Assembly: GCA_965637545.1 (NCBI GenBank)
Contig: OZ281496.1
Span: forward strand, 29,016,001-29,080,000
Reading direction: 5' to 3'
Source of the DNA: Phallusia mammillata
Taxonomy: Eukaryota
DNA: 64,000 bases
The translations under genes were made by a program, and so were the position numbers. Numbering within the stretch: position 1 is the first letter of the stretch; each line of letters opens with the position of its first letter. Shown here piece after piece: positions 59,721 to 64,000 of this stretch. The notes under the pieces are model-generated. The model was not told the origin of the DNA and did no database searches. It saw only the letters and a program-made list of their open reading frames with translations.

Positions 59721-60283
59721 GTCATTTAATTGGATAGATTTTACTGTTATGTAACAAACTGTATACAGTTATTTAAGGGGTATCACGGAGGGCAAGTCAC
59801 AATTGTTTTATCTTGTGGAAATGTCCACGGCAAGTTAGCGCCTTTTACCCCAATCATGCTTGCACAACCTTTATAATAACCCCTTCTCATGATTTGAGTT
59901 TAGAGATACGTCCGAAGTAGCGCCGGACATGAATTTGTTGTTTTGATTATGTGTGGATAAAGTTGTTGGACGTGAATAAACGTGAACAGAAAGGTTGGTT
60001 GCCGATCAGACTACACGTGCGTTAGCTGTTAAGGAATTTCCGATAGTCAGTCCCATCCTTAGCTTAACCGCGAAGACGGAACGTGACACCAATAGAACCA
60101 TTTTCGGCTGAAAGGTAACCAGAAAAAACATCACATTTTCTGACAGATGTAATTAGTTTCGGTTTTTAACATACAAAAACGGGTCACTTGTGTTATCAGG
60201 GTTTTGATTTTCAGGTAGTTTTCAACATTTCCATGTACGTCAGTATAGGTGTAGTGTAGGAAATAATTTGTAACGCAAACGCC

Positions 60284-63200
60284 ATGGGTGACGCTGTTAC
60301 TACAGAGGAACAGACTTCGACGAAAAGCTCCAAAACCAAAAGAGAGAGCTGGAATAAATCATGGGATTTTGTACTTGCTCTTCTCGGTGGTTCAATAGGA
60401 CTAGGTAATGTGTGGAGATTTCCATATCTCTGCTTCAAGAACGGCGGGGGTAAGTGGGAAAATTTGCACACTGTATGGGTTGGTGTTTATGTGGTAATCT
60501 TTCAGCCGGCTTATAAGCGAGTAAATTCTATTTTTCAGTGATGAACAACAAATACTTAAAAAAAATTAAATAAGGTAAAAATGTAAGAAAATAAAACCAT
60601 TACCGATAAAAATAAGGGGCCAAATTGACGTGTAACGCGACATGCTTTTGTTGTTACGCGACGCAATAATGTGGCCCTTCATATCACTGATGATGGAATG
60701 ACCATTGGCCGAAAGGTTTGAACAATAAAGCATGTCGAATTTTTTTCTCTTTTATTATCATCATTAAACTTATGAAAAATTCCGCATGTAGTGTTCGAAG
60801 GTTACACCAAATTCAACGAATTTAAGCTTTTGGAAATGTTACATTTCAACCATGTAAGTCAATTGAGGTATACTTTAACTGCGCTTAAACATGAAGCACA
60901 CCTCAATATTACTCAAGCTGTTTATGTGAGAAGGGTGCCCAGAGCTCGGAAAAGTAGAAAAAAATGACTCTTTGAGGCTTATTATTTATTATTATCTATA
61001 CGCTGAAATTATACTGGGGTGTGAATTACGACAGCAGTGTCATGGAATTGCATCGCATTTTTAGCAAAGATATATGGAAGTGTTGTTTATGGATTTGTAG
61101 GAGCTTTTCTGTTCCCTTACCTTTTCTTCGTCATGGTGTTGGGGGTTCCCATGGTGATGATGGAGACTTCAATCGGACAAAGAGTCAGACGGGGAATATT
61201 GCAAAGCTGGGAGATCGTGCCTGTATTTAAAGGTAAAACATCAATGTGATTAAACGATAAGATCCATTAATAGTGGGTTCATAGATAATACTGTAGCCTC
61301 ACGACTTATCGCAAGGTGACTGTCTTAAATAAGTTTTGCCACAACATTCCATTTTGGCCTGGTGTGATTTGATAATTAGATAATTCCAGTTTGTTTAAAT
61401 CCGACCACAGAACTGATTAAAAGGGTATGTAGAAGAACGGCATTCAATAAGATCAGGTAGCACTTCAAGTAAGCCCTTTAACCGTCTCTTCACGTTTGTG
61501 TATATACTGTTGGTAGGTTTTGTTATAAGCTGGGCAGGCCCTCTGTCGCAATGGCGCTTCTTTTAGCAGTCGTGCTGGTTTCAAACATTTGTCTGGTGTG
61601 TCGAAAACCTGAGTTGCGTCGCTCGCGAGTGAAACATCGGAAGCGTCAACGAATCAACAGAAACCAATAACCTGTGTGTAGTAAAATTGTTTAGCAACCA
61701 ATTAAGAGCGGTCGGATTTAGATTACAAGATGTGCAAAAATCTACAGGTCTGGCGGTCGCCCAAATTGTGGTCAATTTTCATTGCAATGTTTGCTACGCG
61801 GTGATCATGGCGTGGTGTTTCAAGTATTTTCAAGTCAGCTTTATGTCTCCACTGTCCTGGTCGACTTGTGAAAACCCGTGGAACACAGACCGCTGCGTTA
61901 CGGCCAAAGCTTCGACCAATTCTACCCCAACTGAGAATTTTGATACCGGTGCGATCTCACACATGGTAAACGGTTTCCATAATGCGACAACTGCCTTAGA
62001 AGTGACCTCGTCAGCCACGGAGTATTGGTTGTGAGTAAAATCTGGTATAATAGTTTTTCACTTTGTGTGACACCGGTAAGGAAGGATTATCCTAATCCAC
62101 AAATGGTAAGCCCACCTACCAACTATTAAAGTCTATGGCTATATACTTCAAGCGAAACACGATCCTTTGATTTTTAATCAATTTGGACTTTTGACTCTTA
62201 CTTATTCACACATGCTGACAAAAATGAAACTTTACCAGATTATAGTGGGTTTGGCAACATACCGTGATGACAAAACAACAGTAGGCCTAAATCACAGTAA
62301 AATAACCGAAGGGCCAAAACTTTGGTAGTCCATGGTAGCCTTATAGCAAATCTCCACAGCTTTAAGTGTGTTTATTTCCAGCCGTGGAATATTAGACGTG
62401 TCGCCAGCAATCGAGGTTTCTGGCAGTTTTCGTCCAGATCTCGTAATTTGCCTCATAGCGGTTTGGATCCTGGCTTATTTGGCAACATTTAAGGGCATCA
62501 AGTGGACGGCTAAGGTGCTCTAATTCACAAGTTTTTATTTTGCGTGATAACTTGTCTTGATCTAGAAATAATTTCAATCATACGTTCTGCTTAAAATCAT
62601 TTAAGTTCAGTAATGAATAAATAAACAAGTAGCAACAACGATCTTTTCGTTTGTAATAAAACATAAGCCCCATCACAAAAAACAACCTTCATCAACATGA
62701 AATAATCAACTGGAACAAATAACAAGTATTGCTTCCAGCGGACATATATTGAAAAGCAAGTTTTTGTTTTAAAGTTTCAGATGTAAAGAAATTGATTTAT
62801 ATCATATAATATACCATCTCTTGACGCCCCAAATGCCCAGATTAATTTCCAACTTGATGCATAGTTAGTCTTAACTGCTTAAGATGTCATTCTCTAAATA
62901 GTGACGCTTGTGGTAACTGTTTTTAGCATTATTTGCACGCAATAGTCGTTTCTATTAGTATCGTTTCTATCTACGACACATGATTTTTTTTGTTTATAAA
63001 ATTTTCTGTTTCTGTAAATATGTATTTAAATGATAGCTTTCACTTTGAAAAGTAAGAAAAAGTTGTTATGATTAGATATAAATCTGACAAAACACCACAA
63101 TTGTTGTTGAGTGTTCGTTGGCCGCATTGGAGGGCCGCGAGTTTGACACCCCTGTTCTAAGTGAAACAATAGTGGAGACGCAGTTCAAAAGGCCTTCTTA

Positions 63201-64000
63201 GGTTACTATGTAAGGCAGTGTTTTACACCTAAATCATAATAGGGGAAAGTTTTTCACAATTTTAAGATTTTTGTAGCACCTTTTATTATCTTTCATTTTT
63301 AAGCGACTCTTGATTCGCATCTTTTTATCAATCTTTCACGTAATTTAAGTGGGTACATGCGGGTGTAACTGATGTGGCCCTTCATATTACTGATGATGGC
63401 ATGAGTATTTGCCGAAACGTTTGAACAATAAAGTATTACGTCTATTTACGTCTATTTGGGCTGTTATTTCACTCATTAAACCTTAAAAACTGTTCTGAGA
63501 CAGATTTTTCTTCAGTGTGAAACTTGCTGAAAATTAAACTCAGTCAAATAGATCTCTAAAAACATCAAGCATGATTGATCGAGAACCAGGATTTTAACGT
63601 TTTCCCCTAGCTCCGTGGCCTATTTTAGAAGCATCGGTGTAGAAAACTCACATGAATGCACAATTCGACATTGGCAGGCTTGTGCAAAATACCGATAAGT
63701 AGAACATTAGCTGAATTTCAAAACGCCACACGATGAGACCAGCTAAACAAACATCCTCGAGGAAGTCCTCATTCCAGCTGTTATGCATACATTACACAGC
63801 ATGTTTTTGCGTTTTTAACATGCAAATATCAAAGAAAATATTGGTAATGCATATAGGGGTTGTCCTTTGTATACTGCCCTTTAAAGTAATATGCTTAATT
63901 GTGTAAAAGTCATACCATCATCAATGATATCACAAACACGGATTTCGAATGTAAAAATTAAACAAGCTTGAGAACAAATAAATAAAAACTGCAATTATTG
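60284..64000 (+). pseudogene. SLC6 copy B lacking exons 5-6; continues past the window edge
   Basis: Exons 1-4 are open (60284-60449, 61101-61232, 61748-62030, 62382-62514). 62565-63175 replaces the segment carrying exons 5-6 (239 nt, frame-breaking). Intron-6 homology resumes and the window ends just before exon 7. Confidence 0.75.
63387..63432 (+). ncRNA. Minimal hammerhead-like motif followed by AATAAA (Penelope-type end)
   Basis: TTA-CTGATGA-T-GGCA-TGAGTATT-TGCC-GAAAC-GTT-TGA then CAATAAAG. A decayed relative with the same GTGGCCCTTCATAT leader lies at 60684-60730. Confidence 0.5.

Larger units (their letters stand above)
40016..64000. repeat. Tandem segmental duplication: unit A ~40016-48480, unit B ~52222-64000 (continues past the window edge)
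   Basis: Colinear blocks, same orientation: 40016-42440 ~ 52222-54450; 42443-43330 ~ 57300-58200; 43350-43890 ~ 58600-59360; 44590-46785 ~ 60110-62564; 47915-48480 ~ 63175-64000. Confidence 0.92.

Overview
AT-rich eukaryotic genomic DNA with GT-AG introns. The gene set (short-collagen ficolin, three-finger/sushi/vWA protein) suggests an invertebrate chordate, probably an ascidian; this is inference. From left to right: (1) a 15-exon ADAM metalloprotease on the minus strand, running off the left edge; (2) an 18.7-kb array of intron-free ~301-aa class I SAM methyltransferases (5 intact, 5 broken), arranged head-to-head around a fold-back junction at ~21900, with a very young Ty3/gypsy (Mag-like) LTR element inserted in it; (3) an intact 9-exon secreted LU(three-finger)-sushi-vWA gene plus two remnants; (4) a ~12-kb tandem segmental duplication (LU 5' end, ficolin, SLC6 transporter) in which each gene has kept exactly one intact copy; (5) dispersed hAT MITEs, tRNA-derived SINEs, and several hammerhead-ribozyme motifs, one of them canonical type I at 52028-52077 (minus). 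All exon structures were derived by hand from splice sites and reading-frame phase. No database searches were run.
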